Part shown: piece after piece, positions 18,785-22,827 of the stretch
How the letters are laid out: each line of letters starts with the position of its first letter
Position numbering within the stretch: the stretch's first letter is position 1
Source: Selaginella moellendorffii
Taxonomy: Eukaryota > Plantae > Lycopodiophyta
NCBI RefSeq assembly: GCF_000143415.4
Contig: NW_003314390.1
Span: 1-22,827, forward strand
Length of the DNA: 22,827 nt
Direction of reading: 5' to 3'
Program-made: the position numbers and the translations under genes
The notes under the pieces: generated by a model
Told to the model about the DNA's origin: nothing
Seen by the model: only the letters and a program-made list of their open reading frames with translations
The model's database searches: none

Positions 18785-21700
18785 TGATAATGATCTGAGT
18801 AAGAGAGAAAACAGGGTACATGGTCATGGCCGTGGCCAAATTTAAACAGGTCATAATATCACAGAATCTATCATAATAATGACTTTGACTAGGACTAACA
18901 CTCCCACTCTGGCGCAGTAACTCAGACTCCCTCTGTCTCTCATGCGCGAGTACGCAATAGCTGCGCCAGCACCTCACGACCGCTCCTGTTTCTCCTGCAA
19001 CTGTAAACGGTTGCAATTGAGAGCAAACTTATCCTTGGACGAGACTTGGTCAGCATATCAGCAAGCTGCTCGGTGGTCGAGCAAAATTGGAGGACAATAA
19101 TGCCCTGCTGGACCTGCTCTCGGACATAGTGATAACGGAGTTGAATGTGCTTTGTCATGGAACTTTGATGTAGCTGAAAGAGCAATAGCGCTAATGTTGT
19201 CACAAAATAGCATCGTGGGCTGAACAAGAAAATGTCCAAGCTCTGTGAGCAATAAGCGAATCCAGACAGCCTCTTTGCGCGCTGAGCACGCAGAAATATA
19301 TTCGGCTTCAGTAGACGACAGAGCTGTGATGCTCTGTTTCTTGCTCCTCCAAGTCAAAGTTGAGGCACCGAGAATAAAAACGTAGGCGGATGTAGATTTG
19401 CGGGTGTCTTTGTCACCAGCCCAATCTGAGTCGTAGTAGCCGCGCAAGTGGAACTGCTCATCTGGGACACGAGAATATGTAAGCGCCAAGGATTTGGTAC
19501 CTTTCAAGTAACGAAAGATGCGCTTAACCGCTGCCCAGTGAGCTAATCCGGGATTTTCAGAAAATTTCGCCACGACTCCCACTGCATGCGAAAAATCTGG
19601 GCGGGTACAAATAACAAGATAAATCAGACTACCAACAGCTGCACGATACGGAATCCTCTTCATGGAATTGCTCTCAGCTTCAGTGGTTGGAGACTGAGTT
19701 TTAGAAAACTGAAGATTAAGCTCCATAGGTGTGGAAACTGGAGTACTGTCGTGCATATTAAAGCGTTTGAGAATTTCGTCCACATAGCGCTGCTGAGAAA
19801 GATGAATAGTTCCACGGGACCGGTCTCGAATAATATTAAGACCAAGACAAAACTTAATATCTCCAAGATCGTCCATCTCAAATTGAGAAGAGAGCTGCTC
19901 TTTGATCTTATGTAGAAAAGAAAGACAATTTGCTAGTAAGATGACCATCATCTTTTCAACATGTTTCTGGTACACGTTCTGATCAGCAGCATTTCTTGAA
20001 AACCAATAGAAATGAGAAATTTGTCCATTTTGTCGAACCAAGCTTTAGGAGACTGTTTAAGACCATATAAAGCTTTCTTGAGGCGACAAACCATCCCGGG
20101 CTGCTTCTGATAACCCTCTGGTTGCTGGATGAAAATTTCTTCAGTAAGATCTCCGTGCAAAAATGCTGTACGAACGTCCATTTGATGCACCTCGAGATCA
20201 TATTGAGCTGCTAAAGCTAGCAAAACTCGAATAGAGGCCAGCACAGGTACGTAAGTCTCGGTAAAATCAAGGCCTGCGATTTGTGTAAATCCACGAGCCA
20301 CATACCTCGCTTTAAACCGAACGACGTGATTGGCTGCATTCCTCTTAACTCGAAATAGCGGCAGTCAGCTGGCTTTGAAACGAGCGTCCAGGTGTCGTTC
20401 TTTTGAAGCGAGAGATACTCAGAATCCATAGCAGCTCCGCACTCCACAGCATGAGGACCTGTGAGCGCTTCAGTCACCGTTCTTGGCCCAGGAACATCGT
20501 TAGAACCAGCAAAATAAAAACGACTTGACCGCGACCTGAAAAAGTGTTGACTCTCGGCAGCATCCTGAGCTCGTTGAGATGGAAAAAGTGGCCGGCCAGA
20601 ACGAGAATAGCCGACAGGGTCACTCTGAGAACGAGGCCGCTCAACTTCTGGGACGAGATCTAGCTCTGGTGACTCAGGTGGCGGTAAGGGTGGGGTTGAT
20701 GTTTGCTCCGGTGGAAGCGACTGCAGATGAAGAGGCGGTGGAGGATTGAGTGGTGGTGGAGGAGGTTGTTGAGCTGCTGGTGGAGCTCCACTGAAGCTGG
20801 AAGCACCGGAACTTCTTCCACAAGTCGCCAAGTTGAAGGAGTTGGAGTGGAAAGATATGGATTTACATGGAAAGATATCTTCAAAAACCTTCACATCACG
20901 TGCTGGAAAAACTGCCAGTCGCAAGCTTCGGCAATCGAGCAAGGTTCAACCGAATACTCGAAAGTGTGCAACGGATGGCTTCTTTCCAGTCCATAATTCT
21001 TCTGGAGTGATATTAGAAAGAGTAGATGTTGGAAGACGATTGTGAAGATAAGGAGCGGTAACAACAGCCTCTCCCCAAAAAGATTCTGGACAACCAGCGC
21101 CAAGGAATATTGCATGAGTAGACTCGACCAACGTGCGGTTCATGCGTTCTGCTGCTCCATTCTGCTGTGGCGTCCCTGGAACGGTGAATTGCTGAACAAT
21201 TCCACAATAGTTTTGAAATTTCTTGGAAACATACTCATTATCAGACCTCAGGATTTTGACGGATTTGCCAGTCTGCTTCTCTTCTCGAGACCGAAAATCC
21301 ACGAAGAGGGAAAACACTTCACTTTTACAAGACATAACTCTCACTTCCACTCGCCTGGAATAATGGTCTATAAATGTGACAAAATCAAGAGAAGCAATTG
21401 GCATAGAACCAACATCAGAGTGAACTAGTCCAAGGAGATCAGCTGCTCGTTCATGAGAATTCTTTGGAAATGGAGCTGCAACAAGCTGCTACTTAATAAG
21501 CTTCTCAGCGTCAATGCCAGAGTTGCATCTTAGATTCCTTGGCCATAAATATACGAAGAGGAGGCACTAAAATAGCATCAAGCTTGTAAATATCAGCATA
21601 CCTGCTACCGTGCATTACCCTCGACCCCATCAAGAGAAAAAACAATGCCTCGTTGATCTCCAGAAAATTGACTAATAATCAGACTCAGAGTGAGAGTCTT

Positions 21701-22827
21701 AGGCTTCTGCCACGTGGCCCGGCCATGACCATGTCCATTTCTCTCTTGTTAGCGTCTCCTCATATCATTATCATGGTATCAGATTGTAGATCCAATGGTT
21801 CACCATGCTAGGAGAGACCTGCCCTTTCTGATCAACAACCGCTGTACAGCAGAACATGGCGAGCTGCCAGAGCAGCATTTAATCCTTTTGTACAAGGGAG
21901 ATTTTGCAAATTGGGCTGCCCTCCTAAAGGTCGTTTTCTTGTGTGATAATTGCGATGGGATTGTCGCAGGCAAAGAACCTGAACTAGCCCAAGGTGCTCC
22001 TGAATTAGTAGACTGGAAGCTGCGCAACAAGCAAGCCCTATCTACAATAGGCAAGCAGTACATTCGTCTTCTTGATCTTGATAACAATGCTCCCATAAAT
22101 TGGACCAATCTAACCCAGTTTCTTGGTGCTCAAATGGTTGAACATGTGGTCATGTTGAAGGGTGAGTTCTTCACTTTAAAGATGGATCCCTAATTGCCTG
22201 TCAAGAAGTTTATCAACAACATTCTCTACTATGAGTAGCACCTTCAAGATGCAAATTAGCCTTTGACAAATGTGGACAAGCAAGCAGCCCTGATCAATGG
22301 CATTCTTGATATCGTCTTCGCACAACGTTTCAGAATCTTCAAGGCCAGCTCACTTCTGGATTTAGTCTTGGTCTTCAATTTCTGCTGTTGGCATTCTTCT
22401 TCCTTGAGAGATGAGCACATTGCTTCAAAAGTGAGTTGGCCTTGAAGATTCTGAAATGTTGTGTGAAGACTCTCATACTCAATATCAAGAATGTCATTGA
22501 TCAGGGCTGCTCGCTTGTCCACATTAGTCAGAGGCTGCAAAGGTGCTTCTCATAGTAGAGAATGTTGTTGATAAACTTCTTGACAGGCAATTGGGGATCC
22601 ATCTTTAAAGTGAAGAACTTGCCCTTCAACATGACCACATATTCAACCATTTCAGCACCAAGAAATTGGGTTAGATTGGTCCAATTTATGGGAGCATTTA
22701 TTCAGATTAAGACGACGAATGTATTGCTCACCTATACCCCTACCCATTGAAGATAGGGCTTGCTTGTTGCGCACCTTCTACTCTGCTAGTTCAGGAACAC
22801 CTTCGGGGCCGTTCCGGTTCTTTGCCT
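21701..22827. repeat. Inverted repeat copy 2 (left arm about 21701-22358, spacer 22359-22425, right arm 22426 to window end)
   Basis: CAGAATCTTCAAGGCCAGCTCACTTCTG pairs with CAAAAGTGAGTTGGCCTTGAAGATTCTG. The spacer is the reverse complement of the copy-1 spacer. Confidence 0.95.
21774..21783 (+). other. Primer-binding site (initiator tRNA-Met type) in the inverted arm
   Basis: TGGTATCAGA immediately after the LTR end ...CATTATCA (21773). Deleted at the equivalent sites in copy 1. Confidence 0.85.

Larger units (their letters stand above)
15058..22827. repeat. Tandem segmental duplication unit 2 (matches 26-7793)
   Basis: Colinear match to unit 1, running off the window end. Confidence 0.95.
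18785..22827 (-). mobile_element. Ty1/copia retrotransposon copy 2 (duplicated with the segment; runs off the window)
   Basis: 3' LTR 18785-18900, PPT 18901-18910, RNase H/RT/integrase remnants about 18970-21680, same insertion site as copy 1. The RT YVDD motif is deleted near 19942. Confidence 0.92.

Noticed and set aside
18785-22827. Second copia as an independent insertion
   Set aside because: The insertion site (ACAAG flank) and fold-back junction are identical to copy 1, so it was copied with the segment.

Overview
Plant nuclear DNA. The short (about 50-60 bp) GT-AG introns and compact gene spacing are consistent with the lycophyte Selaginella, but that is inference only. The window holds about 1.5 units of a ~15-kb tandem duplication (26-7793 matches 15058-22827). 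Each unit carries (i) a head-to-head pair of intronless G-type (bulb-lectin/S-domain, SD2-5-like) receptor kinases only 238-258 bp apart, and (ii) a degenerate Ty1/copia LTR retrotransposon inserted into an F-box gene. In the right-hand unit RLK-A is intact (845 aa, non-RD) and RLK-B is open up to a 612-N gap. In the left-hand unit both appear disabled. The most unusual structure lies inside the copia: its LTR-PBS-gag 5' end is folded back into a ~1.5-kb inverted repeat (arms ~710-750 bp, 67-bp spacer) that replaces the Gag C-terminus and protease. The spacer has opposite orientations in the two duplicated copies, and the arms show signs of arm-to-arm conversion. It is a candidate hairpin-RNA 'killer' locus for a copia family. 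The middle region (8.1-12.7 kb) is a mosaic of deletion-eroded relics: a multi-exon WDR82/Swd2 (APRF1-like) pseudogene missed by the ORF track, a second WDR82 relic, a third RLK-B relic and several F-box fragments.
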